A stretch of DNA of 57,061 bases, counting the filler, from Bipalium vagum (taxonomy: Eukaryota): the NCBI GenBank assembly GCA_037834085.1. It is 3 parts of 3 records of this genome, joined end to end, with 100 filler letters (N's around TTAATTAATTAA, not from the genome) between each part and the next. Parts side by side here need not be neighbours in the genome. Positions count along the whole stretch, not along the records: positions 1 to 16,846 come from JBBMKC010090526.1; 2 more parts are not named here. One strand, written 5' to 3'. The notes under the pieces were generated by a model. It ran no database searches and was not told the DNA's origin. It worked only from the letters and a program-made list of their open reading frames with translations. This document shows positions 1 to 14,089 of this stretch, piece by piece (position 1 is the first letter of the stretch; each line of letters opens with the position of its first letter). A program made the position numbers and the translations under genes.

Positions 1-71
<71 letters not shown>
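1..71. repeat. (ATT)n microsatellite
   Basis: Pure ATT repeat at window start; another run near 990-1036. Confidence 0.95.
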
Positions 72-72
<1 letters not shown>

Positions 73-250
73 AATCATCATTATGAATTTTTTAAAAAAA
101 TAATGATTTCCAATAATTTTCTTCGTAAAATTAGCTTTATTAAAATTTAGCTCTATTAAAATTACAACTATTATTAAAATACATAAATTGTCAAAGATTA
201 AGTCGGTCAATAATAATTAATTATTATGATTAACAATAATGATATTATTA

Positions 251-986
251 TCAAAATAAATTGGGTACTTCTAAAATTGTAACGAAAAAATATATTAAAA
301 GAAATACCAATATCTTCCAATTCATGTAAATCCATTTTATCTGTTTGATTCCTGTCGACCTGGCCTGTTTCGTTGCTTAGATTGTCGAAGGGTTTGTTTT
401 TCTGCAGAGATTTATTGTAGTTCTGATCGCACTGATCAACTGAGAAAAACGAGCCGGGCGTTGATGTAATAGTATTACGACGATAATCGACGCTGACACT
501 CTCTGCATTAATAATTCATCAAATTACAAATAACAATTCTGTGACCAATTGGCCTTGCAAATCGTGAATAACTAATGTCTTCTATTTTCTCAATATATCA
601 AAATATTATTATTATTATTATTAAATATTATTATTATTCCATTAAAAGAGATGTTATTGTCATCGTTTTTAAATTAAGCGATATATATTACTATGGTTAT
701 TTCTTTTTTCCAAGATTTTATTTTTTAATAATTTAATAATAAATGGTCTACCATTTTTGTCTTCCTTTGAAGATTTCTGAATCTGAAGAGAACATTTTCG
801 CTGTAAATTTATGTCTAAAATAAAATAATTAATTTCATCTAAAAAATTTTAAATTAGTTTAATAATATTTATTAATTATAATAATTATCATAATAATATT
901 TTTTTTATTACTATTATTTTTATTATTCTTATTACTAATATTATTATTATTATCACAATTATTATTATTTTTTTATTAATATTACA

Positions 987-1037
<51 letters not shown>

Positions 1038-4000
1038 AGAATTATATTTCAACCTTTGATCATCAAAGATCAGTAAAAATATTTTCGCAGATATTTTAAG
1101 AAATCATTTAAGAAGAAAAATGAAATTTTCTCTTTAATTTTTCATATTTTACAAAAATTTCCAGCTTCGCGATTTTACAATTTTCATCATAAAAGAAAAT
1201 CAATGTAGTACAGGTCTTTCGATCTTTGAAACATTATTTTCAAAGTCATTTGAAAATCATTTGTTTTATTTTATTAAAGCCATCTCTCAGTAGAAAGTGT
1301 GAAAAAAGAAAATTGAAAAAATAGAACTGTCACGGCTCAAGCATCTTTCACTCAAGAAAATGTGAACAGAAATCATTCAAGCAAATCTTCTTCAAAGTTT
1401 CAGAGACTTATCTTGATGTCATTCTTCACAAAGATTCAACTCATCAATAATTAAATTAAGCCTTTAACTTTTCAATTTCAGAGTCCACTTCTCGTACATT
1501 TGTTCACCATCAGAAATGTAAAACATTTCCATTTAGTTTTGGCTTACCTTTCATTTCAGCAATGAAAAATAAGTATGAGATTCATCAAAACAAAAGGAAA
1601 ATCTTTATCTCCAGCAATAAAATAATACCACTGAGTTTGTTGAATAAATAAATAAAAATAAAATAAAATAATTAATTAAATATGCCAGTGAATATGTTAG
1701 TAAGAATATTTAGTGTCATATGAATGAAAGTTTTTGGCGGAGTTTTGACTAAATATTTACATAAATGAAAAGAGATATAACAATTATCTTAATTTGTTAC
1801 GCTTCGAATTAAATTTTGTTGAAAACCATTTTTCCAAAGGAATATAAAATATTAAAGTGGTCTATTTTTATTTAACTTTCGCATTTTCTGTCGATCAGGA
1901 GATACCCACTGTACGTACCTGCAGATCTGGCAAATCAAGCAAATTGTCGAGACCTATCCATCCTTTGGCTGGGGGCTCTGATCCGATTTAAAGCAACGAC
2001 ACTATGGTGCACAAATTCTGGTACCGATATCAACTTAATTTCCTATCCCTCATCCTAGGAACCTTCGACAAATCCAGCCTTAAATATAAGATACTAAACG
2101 CTGTGGAATCGCTATCATGTGATTTGCTAGCAGTCTTCATATATCACAGGGAAGTTGTTCCAAGCTGCACCAAAGGTTTCGGATTTTTATAATTATATAA
2201 AACATATCAAAGTGACAGTTAAATCAAATTTTAACCTATTTAAGAAAACCAATAAATGATCATTAAAACAGTAAAAAATTTTTGGTTACGGGGCCATTTT
2301 TGACCAACAGAAATAGAGTAATTCTTCATCATGATAACGCACGGCCGCACAGACCGCAAAGAAGACGCTCCATAAATTTAAGAACTTCGGCCGGGAACAG
2401 TTATCTCATCCTCCTTATAGTCTTGACATCGTGTCTTCTGACTACGATATTTTCCGTGCAATGCAAAATTTTTTGGTCGGAAAAAATACGATTCCCATGA
2501 CGCTATAAATATGGCCACCAAGACTTCTTCAATTCCAAACCGCAGGATTTTTATAAAGATGGTTTTATGAAATTAGTTTCTAAATGGAGTGAAATTGTAG
2601 AAAACAATGGTGCTTATGTATTTAGTTAATATATCTGTTCTGCGACTTCTTTTGTTATTTAAAGTTTTCCATAAAAAACGACATTACTTATGTGTCGACC
2701 TAATAAAAGGTCATGATTCTTCTTTTTGGAATTCTGAAGTGTGATTATTAAAGAGTATTTAAAGACCCCAAGTAAAAGAAACAACCAAAATAACTGCTTA
2801 CCACATTTAAACTAGTTTTTATAGCTGTAATTTGAGAAATATAAAAATTACCTCGACTTCTTCAGATTCTCGTTTTCAGAATTGAAAAGGAATATTAAGA
2901 AAATCATTGAAAGATGGTATAGAAGAATCAAATTGTTTGATTTGGTTTAATCTAATGTTCCAAAATTTTACAGAAATAAATTAAATATATACAATCTGGT
3001 ACATTAAATTGTCAAGTAAAACAAATTACAACATTTATATTATATTTATATACAGAAAATAATATATTGTTAATATCTGGTATATTCTCCAGCTGCATCG
3101 ATTATTGTGGAAAGCCTTCGCTCCATAGAATCTACAAAGCTGTACCTGTAATTCTCTTCTTCAATGATAGTGGTCCACAAATCCTGACACTTGTGAGATG
3201 TAGTTGGCTTTATGAGCGTATGATTAAGCTAATGTTTCATAACACATTTGAATTGAAAACTCTTTTTCTACATAATAAAAATAACATTTTTTTTATTAAG
3301 TTGTCCCATAAGTAATCGTACTTTTTTAATCTCTCTATATATTGTTATTAGCGATTGTTTTTGCAATTCTTTTGATTTAGTGTTAGATCTTAATATTATC
3401 AAAATCAATGTTAACTATTTTTGTTTTAGATATTTTAACTAATGGCAGAAATATTAGCAGGAGATCGATTTCGTTGCGAGAATTTATATTATATAAATTT
3501 CTACAGGGACGTAAAGCTAGTGATGCTCATCGAAATTTATGCAAATTAGTGAGTTCTGATGCCGTGCACTATAATACAATCAAGGCTCATTTCAAAAGAT
3601 TCGAGAAAATGATTTTGATCTTTCAGAAAACCAAAGCCTGGACGCCCCTCTATCGATCTTAATTATACCATCAAATCTGCACTTATCGAGGAACCCATGG
3701 CAAGAGTCAGGGAACTTGCTTCAACACTCGATCTACCAAAAACTACTATCCATCGTTAGGAAGGAATTCAGAAAGAAGGCCAAAATTTGGTCAAGTTATA
3801 CCTCATGAACTGACCGATCAGCAAAAATTGAACCGTTCTGTCATATCAATCTCATTGCTCTCTCACAGACGGACGTTTTCTTGAATTGACCAAATTATTA
3901 CTTGAGATGAAAAAAGAGTTGGGTACGATAACCCCACCAAGAAACGTTAATGGGTTGAACCCGGCAAAATCCCAAAAAAGATTCTGAGAGATGAAATCCA

Positions 4001-7000
4001 TGGTAAAAAGGTGTTTCTGTCAGTTTGGTGGAATTCAAAAGGAATAATTTATCTTGAGCTGCTTCCTGATAATAACACAGTTACTGCTAATGTATACTGT
4101 GAACAATTGCAGAAAATTATAGCAGCTTATCGAAGTCTGCGTCCAACGCCCGTCCTCACAGTGCAAAACTGACTCGAGAAAAACTGAGAGAGTTGGATGT
4201 CGAAATCCATAGTCCCGACCTTTCTCTAACCGATTTCCATTTATTCAGGTCGCTGCAACATCATTTGGATGGTAGGCGTTACCAAAATCGGAACAATCTT
4301 CTACTGACCTCAATACCTTCTTCAGCAGCCAGCCTCCAGAATTCTACAAGCTTGGATTTGTCCAATTAAGAGAACATTGGCAAGACGTTATCGAACATAA
4401 TGGAGAATATATTGATTTATAAAGTTTTATGTTTTTAATAAATTTTGTGAATAAAGTTTTATTTTAAAAAGTACAATTTCTTATGGGACAACCTAATATA
4501 AAATAAATTTGACGTACTCAAGGTTAATAAACTAAATAATAGATATAATCAACCAGCATGAGCTTATGATAAATTTCATTCAGCGGAATAATTTATTTAA
4601 TTCAGTCTAGATAAAATTAACCAAATAATCAGTAAAAGCGATGTTAGAAATCTTAGCCGATTGCTCAATGTTTGATACCGCACATGACTTAAAGAGTGCA
4701 CTTGATTTCCTTTTTGGAATTCCAATATTGATTAGTATTTCTATTGCATCCGGATGTATAGTCCCAAGAAATCCAATAATCAACGTCTTCAGTTGAATAT
4801 TATAATCAGGTTTTGTCAGTTTAATTTTTCTCTTCAAGTCCGATTACTTTACGATTTTTTATTATCCCTTGTATCAAAGTTTCATAAAGAGTCAATTGGA
4901 CATTTTAAATCAGCCAAATAAATAATCTTCTTCTCTATATTTGTAATGATTAAATATACTCTCTCTTTTCAGTCTTGAACATCTTAATATTGCATATTTT
5001 TCTGAACAATCAGTTCTGGTCTTTGAAGCTCTATGATGAATTTTCCTGATAAATATCAGGTCTTTGTCCAATTAATGAAAGATTACTCCTGCAAACCTAC
5101 AGCACATGAGTTTTTGATTCATTCTCAGAATGACAGCTTCTTTGTAGGCGCGCCTGGTCTTCCTTAATAAAATTGGCGATCATTTATTGCCAATGTGTTG
5201 GTTTTGGTTTTGTAAATTAATTTGAAGCTTAAACTTATCATTACTTCGAGAAAAATGCTCTTGTTTGTTGATGGGCATAAATTAAAGGGCCTTGCAAAGA
5301 AATTACTCCATCCACTGTTTTCTCACTTTACTGCGTAAGCATCATAAATGGATTGATGCAATGCGAGATACTTCATTAAGATTTTTAAGCGGGATTAAGT
5401 AAGTGTCACGAATGTTGTGAGTTACTCGCACTACATTCGATTTGATAACGTTTGGAAGGAGTTTTAATATCGCTTCTAATTCCGATCCACCATTTTTTTC
5501 GATTCATGGTTGTTTTCTATCTTTTTTCCATTTAGCCATTCTAAGCAATCAGATGTTGTCGGATTTTCTATTCTCAGTCTTTGTCTACTCACATAAGATA
5601 ATAAATCAAGAATGGTTCTATCTGTAAAATTGCAAAAAGCATTCAAAATGGAAATCCTTGAACTAATTACTGAATCTAATATTCGTCGTGCAGATCAGTG
5701 AAGCCAGCACTTCCATAGGCAATTGACGAATAAAGATGACAATTTTACGAATTAACAGGCAAGTGTAGCATTTCTCTGAAGTATGATCTTAATTTACTAC
5801 TTTTATTGTCATTATAGATTTTATTATTGGCAGGATTTCCAATGGGCTTTGGTTTGTATTTCTCTGATCCGAAATGCAAATGGGAGTCCGGAATTTAAAA
5901 ACACTTTATATGCTTTTACCCCTTGCCAATGAGCGAGATCAGTGTTTACCAGTTTACTAGTATCAATAATTAATCTACTTAGCAATTCGTATGGTGATTT
6001 ATTTATTTTATAATCTGCAGGAACTCCTAGATATTGACAAAATTCCTTGGTCATTATCTTTTTAATCTTGGCATTGTAGATGTCAACTTCAATATCATAG
6101 TCATTTTGAGGAAAGCTAAAAAATTCACATCCTAGCAGTTAATCTCAGTTGTTTTGTAGATATGTTTTTGCAGATTTTTATCATTGTCTGAAATCAGCAA
6201 TACTTGATACAATTGAGTATAGTGTCATCGATAACGGACTTCCTGACGAACCCCTTTGTGCATTGGTATATTTTGGGTAATGATGTTGCCACAAGTATAA
6301 AAAGAACTTGGTATTGGTGCAAAACAATTTGGTGAGCTTTATAAATTCTGTGTCTACACCGATATGAAGTAACAAACCACCACAGATAATCATGTGGCAC
6401 ACTACAAAATGCATCTTTTGTCCATAAAGCAGATTGATAAGTGAAAAATTTTCGTGTATCTGGAATGTTCGAAACAGGCATTCAAAATTGCATTTTGCTG
6501 AATGCAGCCTTTGTGTTCGGAACCCCCTTTCTGTCCATAATTCAAGAGGTTATTCTTTTTTAGTCACCAATTCAATCTTCTTCATAATATTGCTGTGTTA
6601 GTTTAGTATCTTTTCCTTTCACTTTTTCTTTAAAATACTTTGACCATTAATAAATTAATTTTTTGACTTCCCTTCGACCTGTCAAGACTTAACAAATCAC
6701 CTGATTGCCAGAATGATTCTGCAACTTTTGGTATCTTGGGCATCCAGATCGCATCATTGATGATGGAGTTTACGCAGGTTGATGCTCCTGACTTAAGGAA
6801 TAGGAAATCCTGTTAGTATTGGCGCCAGACGTTGTACTCGCATAGAGTCGTTGTCGGTCGTTGGATCGGAACCGGCAGTCAATAGATGGATAGGTCTCGA
6901 AAATCTGGTCGATGTGCCAAATTGCCAGTTATGTACAGTTGATAACTCTCCTGGTAGTCAGAAAATCATCATAAAAATGCAAAAATTAAATCAAAATAGA

Positions 7001-10000
7001 TTCGAAATCTTAAATCTATCATTTTTCATTTAAATTATGATTTCAAAATTAAAAGTTTTCATGGTATGACTGAACACTGTTTAAAGATCAATAAGGATAC
7101 TTTGCTTCAACCAAGTATAAAAAATAATAATTACCAGGTCGATCATCTTTTAACTCGTTTATTTTACTTTCAAAGATTCTGACAAAATTGGATATTGCTC
7201 CAGGGCTGGAAACAGGTTCCTAAGTGAAATGTCATTGATCGATTCATCAACATTTTTAAATACTTGAACGATATTATCTTCTTCCTCAGCAGCTGTAAAA
7301 TATTAAGAAAATGAGAAATTCAAATTAAAGTTTATATCATTATTGGTATCTTAAAGTTATTTAAAGATCAATCAATAATGAAAGGTTTATAATATGATTA
7401 TGTTTTCATTGTTAATTAATATATAAATAAAAATTATTATTTATATATTTGTATTTCTTATTTTATTAGTATTTTTTATTTATATATCTATATATTATGA
7501 CAAAATAAAAGTAATATTTTATTTTTTATTAATGAAGAGCTTTAAAAAATAGATAAATGGATAAACTAATAATTTATGTCATCAATATGTGTTTATAATA
7601 TCTGAGAATAAATATATAATGTCAATAAAATTTTATTGTATAAAATTGATATTATATATATAATTTTTTATTATTTTAAGTGAAATCTGAAACCAAAATG
7701 AAGTCTGCAACAGAATTAACAATGCAAAATATTTAACAAATCAAAAAAGTACATAATTAAATTTTGTACGAACCAATTTATATATAAATATAATAAAAAG
7801 TAGTTAATTTTTTTATTGATTTTATAAATTAAATTAAATCTCTAAAGATTTAACAGTATTATTTAATATTTATTGATTTTCTAAGTTTTGTTTATAATTC
7901 GTTCATCAATAAATAAATTTTGTAAATGTCTTAATCATCTGCATTTTAGACTTTAACTTAAAACTGTCTAGGCAATTTTAATAAACAAAGCTTTAACTTT
8001 TTATGTCTTGATAGTTTTATAATAAATGTAAATTTATATTTTGTTATGATTTATATTACTAATTCCGAAATCTAATAATATTCAGAAATTGTAAAAAAAA
8101 TATCAATTTTTGTTTTAATGTTGTTCAATTTTCATACCGACTAATTTTGTAGATTATTTTATTTTATTTGTTAAATTTTCAGTAATTATTATCATATTTA
8201 TATTCAATTATTATTATTTTTTTTTGTTTTTGTTTTTATTATTATTGTCAATTGTATTAATTATATCAATTATATATCATTATATTGTATTATTATCATT
8301 TATTAATATTATATTTTATCAATTATACTTTTTAATATTTATTTTATTTAGAGACATTTATAGTTACATATACAAATTGTCATATTGAAAATTGATAATA
8401 GATAATTCAATATATAAATTCTGAACTTGAAAGTAATGATTTTTTTATAAATATAAACCAATATTTTAAAATCTGTCAGTTTTCAATTTCCCTTGATATA
8501 TTTAATAATCTATATAAATATAAAATATAATTTAAATATATAATTTAATTTTAATTAAAAAATACTTACTACAATCCATGATTCCGTAATATAAATTACT
8601 GCAAAACAAATCTGAAATGTAATAAATAAATTCATAATTATAAACAGTTTTAATTAATACTTCAGAATGTCTAACTTAATCTAATTTAAATAGAATGTAA
8701 AGAAATAAAAATATAAATAATTTTCACAAATTTAAATGTCAATTTTTATACTTATATCAAATTAATTTGAAAAATTTTCGTTTTAGAAAAAATTTATTAA
8801 AAAAACAATTTTGTTCACTTACAAAAACTTTTTTACACTTTATTAATTTTAATTATTTCAATTACCAATAAATTTCTAAACCTTTTAAAATTTCAAAAAA
8901 CTTAAATATTATATGTTTTCATCCAACCGATTCTTATAAACAACTCAGTATTAACTTTTTGATGAATTATAAAGCTGACATCAACATTTCTGTAAATTAA
9001 AATAGTTCAAATCATAAAACTTAATATAATTCGTAATCTATATTTATTTACATTTTTACAGGGTGGCTCCAAACATATAGACGACATTGTATATATATCA
9101 TTAAAAAAATTAATAATTATAATTTTATTTTAACTTAAAATTCTTTAAATGAAGTAAATAACAATTAATCAGTAATTTTAATCAAACGGATGAAAATAGA
9201 CAAAAGCAATAACTATATCCCTTAAAATATTCCTGAATTCATACACACACTGAAGCACATTCTCACCTCCATAATCACAAAATCATGCACCCACAGACTA
9301 CAGCGTGTCCCATAAGTCCCTGCGGAAAGTAAACTTAAATATTTCCAAAGTAGATTGAGATATTTAATTGCTTGCTTTTTAAAATTAAAGACAAATCTTT
9401 TACTTTTTATTTCATATAAAAATATTTACAACAATTGTTCGAAATGACTACCATTAACTGATATACTTAAATTCATCATTTTTACAATATTTAAAAATAC
9501 GCTATTCAAAGTTTCTGTGGTAACACTTTTTATTTCTTCGGTGATTTTTGTCTTCAAGTCGTCAATATTTTTGATTTCAGATTTTTATATCTTATTCTTT
9601 AAATGGTCCCATAAATAGAAGTCAAGAGGAGTTAAATCTGGTGAACGTGGAGCCAATCGAATTGAACTACCTCTTCCAATCCACCTGTTCGAAAAATGAG
9701 CGTCAACATACCGTCGTACATTTATTGAAAAATGCATTGGAGCTCCATCTTGCTAAAATACCAGAACCGTACTTTATATATTTTCCTCATTTCAAACTTA
9801 AAATAGTCTTGAAGTATTGATAGATAATTTTGGCCTTTAACAGTCTTATCTTCAAAGAAATACAGACCGATAATTTAATTTTTGACAAAGCACACCAAAC
9901 ATTTACCTTTTGGGATTTTCTAGCAGTTTCAAAAGTAACATATGCATTACTTTCTGACCAATATCTGGCGTTATATTTATTTACTAATCCTTTTAGGTAA

Positions 10001-10829
10001 AATGTTGCTTCATCTGAAAAGAAAATATTTTCCTGAATATCTACATTTTATAACATTTGAACCAGGATTTTGCACATCTCAACTCTGTCTTGCAAATCCT
10101 CTTCATGTAATTCCTGCGTGAAATGGACCTTAAAGAGTTTCAATGATAACTGTTCTCTCATAATTCGATTGGTTGTTGTTCGCGAAATGGAGTATATGGT
10201 TGCAACAGATCGAACACTGCATTGTGGGTCACTTTCAATAACTTCACTCATTTTCTGAATTTCATTTTCAGTGATCAGCCTTGGTCTTCCAGAACGTTCA
10301 CGATCTTCCACCGAGTCAATCTCACAAAAATGATGAAATAACTCTCTTATAGCGCTTTCACTTGGTTTTCCCAAATTCAGCATTTATTTTTTACCATCAA
10401 ATCAAGCGGCATTTGCTAAATCTAATTTTAAAATATTAAAAAAAAACTTAGACTTACATACTTTAATATTATATAAATAGAAATTTCAATAGATTGAATT
10501 TAATGAAAGATATTTAAGTTTACTTTCCACAGGGACTTATGGGACACCATGGATATAAAAAAGAAAATTGCAGAAAAATAAAGATAAGATTTACTATAAA
10601 TATTTTTCTGAATAAAATAAATATAAAATAAAATAAATCTAAATAAATATAGTAATAGTTAATGACAGGACAGTTTTAAACATCTCTGGCATTTGGGACG
10701 CTACCATATGGTATCAGTATCTTCACTGACCGAATAAATAGACATTGCGTAAAAGGCAGAACCTTAATCATTTTCGATTTTAAAAAAAAACCAAAGAGAA
10801 CCTTTCCATGTTTGATGGCAACATATACC
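251..10829 (-). CDS. partial multi-exon gene of uncertain product; N-terminal part weakly resembles an anillin/rhotekin-type C2 (anillin homology) domain; 5' end unresolved
   Basis: Nine GT-AG-bounded segments join in phase without stops: 10829-10802, 10762-10731, 8989-8928, 8611-8570, 7292-7168, 800-752, 581-546, 502-308, 270-251 (TGA). Reads VYVAIKHGKVLPFTQCLFIRNVDVSFIIHQKVNTELFIRIDLFCSNLYYGIMDCTAEEEDNIVQVFK...LEDIEVPNLF*. Extra exons between 800 and 7168 are possible. Confidence 0.4.
2290..2703 (+). mobile_element. mariner 3' fragment with right TIR
   Basis: RVILHHDNARPH, HPPYS.D...DY.IF, C-terminal KW.EIVENNGAY; mariner-type end ...CATTACTTATGTGTCGACCTAA followed by TA. Confidence 0.8.
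3065..3240 (-). mobile_element. Tc1-like transposase C-terminal remnant
   Basis: Minus strand reads FVDSMERRLSTIIDAAGEYTRY*, resembling the typical Tc1 C-terminus. Confidence 0.5.
3296..4496 (+). mobile_element. near full-length defective mariner (DD34D)
   Basis: About 30-bp TIRs TTAAGTTGTCCCATAAGTAATCGTACTTTT / TTAGGTTGTCCCATAAGAAATTGTACTTTT with TA on both sides; transposase with IT.DEK, K.FLSVWWN and SPDL..TDFHLF, interrupted by stops and frameshifts. Confidence 0.92.
4600..6600 (-). mobile_element. decayed non-LTR retrotransposon with restriction-like endonuclease (R2/R4/NeSL-type)
   Basis: RT motifs AFCSVPH, G..GSPLS, YLGVP; downstream CRF.G zinc-knuckle remnant, RPDI, ADLKCPID and TLIIGFLG typical of RLE clades; many stops and frameshifts. 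Confidence 0.8.
9301..10551 (-). mobile_element. defective DD41D (rosa/VS) Tc1/mariner-superfamily transposon
   Basis: TIR CAG(C/G)GTGTCCCATAAGTCCCTG.GGAAAGTAAACTTAAATAT at both ends; FFSDEATF, QDGAPMH...RWIGRG...APRSPDLTPLD with 41 residues between the second and third D. Confidence 0.9.
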
Positions 10830-11170
10830 CTTTAGTTTATTCTTTTCAAATAAAAACCTTTAGAAACAGTCATATTAAAGAACATTTATTTTAGAGTTTT
10901 GGTTACTTCAAATCATATTAATTTTAACTTGAAAATCGTTGGTGTCTTCGTTTATAATATTTGTGAAATATTTGCGGAAAATTTTCCATTGTTCTTGGAA
11001 GTGATTTCAGAGATACCACCAGACGTGAAAAGAACTTTATTTTCGTATCCAGAGCTGATTAGAAAGAAGCGTAGAATTTTTTGTCTCGAATCAATTCGCG
11101 CACAAATCTGTTGTCAGTTTACTCGACACCATTCATCCAAAATCACTTTTGACTGTTGATTATGGTTATA

Positions 11171-12419
11171 CGCGGTGACGTCAAAAAAGACCTGGATAAA
11201 CATACTTAGATGCAAGCAGCAGCAAACACAATTTGTTTAAATATTTCTAATTTATGTTACATTTAAAAACATAAACAGTGGTAGCAATAGTTATTGATAT
11301 ATTTTTTAATTTAGATTATTAATGGCTACAGTTTCAAAAATTGAATATCGAAGCGTTATTCGCTTCTTAGTTTGGCGAAAAGAGCGCGGAAGAAATAACA
11401 GAAGAACTGATCCAACACGTACTACCATTATCAATGGATAAAGGAATTCAAAGAGAGCGTCTCTGTTGAAGAAGGAAAAATCACTGGAAGATCAGCAGAA
11501 ATTGGCGAATCGCATGAAGAAAATCTAAAAAAATTATTCTTGATGAAAGAAAAATTATAAAAACAGTGTTATCTAAGCGACTGAATAAATCTTGTGGATC
11601 AGTACACAGCATGCTGTAGGGTCTTGGCATCCGAAAGTTGTGTTCTAGGTTTGTTAATTACTTCTTAAAATAAAATTTGTAAACGTTGGTTGGAATACTG
11701 CGAACACAATCTGCGTTTTTTGCATGAAGTTTTTGACCGTTTCCTAACTAATATAATTACGGAGGATGAACTCTCCCTTATCTCTCTACTTACCTGAAGA
11801 TCGCCATTCATCTCAAGAGTAAAAATTTACAGGAGAAACAACCACTAGAATATTAAAATCGGGAATACCTCACCGTAGAGCATTGATGTTAATCATCTTT
11901 TGGAATGCTGCTGGGATCATTCACATCGATTTTGCAAATAAAGATGTCAAAAATAATGCAGTCTACTATGTGAAACTAGTTGAGGGAGCTAGACAAAACA
12001 GACGTATGGCTCGTGGTTAACAACTTTACTTAATTCATGCACAAATCCATACAGCTCAACAGATTATGCAAGCAATTGAGCTCACTTCAATTGTCACACT
12101 TCCACATCCACCTTATAGCCCAGATTTGACACCCATTGACTTCTGGCTTTTTCGTTATTTAAAGCGATATTTACAATGGCAGCGCTTTACAAATAAAGAA
12201 GATTTGTGTCATGCAACAGTCGATTTTCACAACGCATAACTATCTCAATTCTACAAAATTGGTTTTTGAAAAATGGCTCAAATGTGTGGAGAGTGAAGGA
12301 GTTATATTGAAAAATTTTGAATATTTTGTACCTATATACCATGATTTTTTTAATAAAAATTTTGACTTAGAAATTCTTATTTCTTTTCATGGAGTCCGGG
12401 ACTTTGTGACGTAATCACG
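11171..12419 (+). mobile_element. defective mariner (DD34D)
   Basis: Imperfect TIRs CGCGGTGACGTCAAAAAAGACC / GGACTTTGTGACGTAATCACG flanked by TA; EYRSVIRFL, IITEDE, HPPYSPDLTPIDFWLF. Confidence 0.85.
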
Positions 12420-12529
12420 TAATGTAGTTTGTAAATTTATTATCGTTATTTAGATGTTTATCGTGAATTACTTAGTCTATGGAAAAAATATTTAGAACAA
12501 AAATGTATTTTATAAAAACACAAATACTT

Positions 12530-12780
12530 TAATCAGGTATATAATATCTACCCTTTTCAACCTTGGTCTGACAGCATTCAAGAAAAAGTTTGAAGAACCT
12601 GGGGTCGTTTTCGGCATAAAAGGAGATAGCATTTTTCGATCCCACATTTGTCACTGAAAACCTTTCCTTTCAAAAAGTGACTCAATGATCTGAAAAGATG
12701 ATAGTCTGCCGTTGTCATATCTGGACAATATATGGTGGGCAAGGCAGCAGTTCCCAACAAAACTCTTTCAGCTTACTTCT
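12530..12780 (-). mobile_element. mariner 3' fragment
   Basis: ORF 12578-12760 reads YCPDMTTADYHLFRSLSHFLKGKVF. Confidence 0.75.
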
Positions 12781-14089
12781 GGTTATTTTAGATTTGTGAG
12801 GTTTTGTGTTATCTTGTTTCCTTTTCGGTTGAGCAGAGATAGTCTCATACTTGTCAACTTATCACGTAGTCGATCTTCAGCAGACATCCCTGGCAATAGT
12901 TTAACCATATCAAAAACTTCAAATATATTATACTGTTAAGGTCTAAAGAATTGATAAGAAAATGGGGTAAAAATGGGTTTAGGCTTAATGTTTTAGGCTT
13001 AACTAGGTTTACTGTAATCAGAAGGATTTATATGTGCGTAACGTTAAGAGTAAGATGGAAATAAATAGTTTAATATTTAAAGTGATAGTAAACACTGAAT
13101 CGATTATGAAACACTGAATAAAAATTAATAATTAAATCAAACACTGTAAACAAATTATTAACCAAGATAACATTTTTTTTAAAATGTATTTTTAATAAAT
13201 TTGACATTAAGATATTTAATTACAATTTAAACTTATGATAAAACCTGGAGATGAGGTAAACTAAAGATAAGAGAAAACACCATTTAAAACTTACTCTAAA
13301 GGGCCCTCAGATAAAAATTGGATTCTCCGTCCTCTTTGACATGAAAACACAAACAAAGATACTGGGTAATAAAAGGAAAACAAACAAAATAATTGATTCT
13401 AATATCTGCAGTAGGTTCACCGAGTATTAGCACTTATTTATTTAATTATTAAATTATTAGTAACTTATAATTTGTAATCGAATTATACTTAGTAATTCGT
13501 TTTTTTATTGTTATTTAAAAATCTGTTTACCTTCAAACAGTGTGAAACCAAATGTTTATTATTAGATTTATTTAAATAAATAACAACAGTTTATTTTAGA
13601 TTTTTGATCAAGTCTAATAAAAAAGAAAAATAAAATATTTTACTATTAAAGTCAATAATAGTTTTCTTTTCTCTTTGTGGCTGATTTTTTTGCGTCCGCA
13701 TAACATTACTATTTTTAGATTTTACTTTAAAAAGTTTTAGCATAAATCTTATTTTGGAAACCCTAACATTTTTTGTGAAATAATTATGTTTAGTAACTTT
13801 GTGTTACTGATTAATACTTTCCTAATTTTTTCAAAATTAATTATGGAAATTATTATTTTTAATTAATTATAATAATTTTTTTATTCTATATATTATTTTT
13901 ATATTTAATATTTCATAAGATTAGAAGAATTTTAGGTCTCTAAGGTTCTTACTTTTGCAATAAAAGCGATAAGACTACACAAAATTATATTTTTCAAGCA
14001 TAATAAAATATTTTTTATCAAATGATCTTTGTCAAGAAATCAATTTTTTGGATTTGACTGAATTGATGGTATTGGTTGATTGGATGGTG

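Noticed and set aside
1050-1640. TGA-as-Trp alternative genetic code to rescue stop-containing coding-like DNA
   Set aside because: The WDR33 model uses TGG for Trp and the Hes gene ends in TGA; the stops are better explained by decay or wrong boundaries.
7077-7100. U12-type donor GTATCCTT on the minus strand
   Set aside because: It would define a 24-nt intron with no supportable flanking exons.
12975-13010. TTAGGC telomere-like words
   Set aside because: Only two non-tandem copies.
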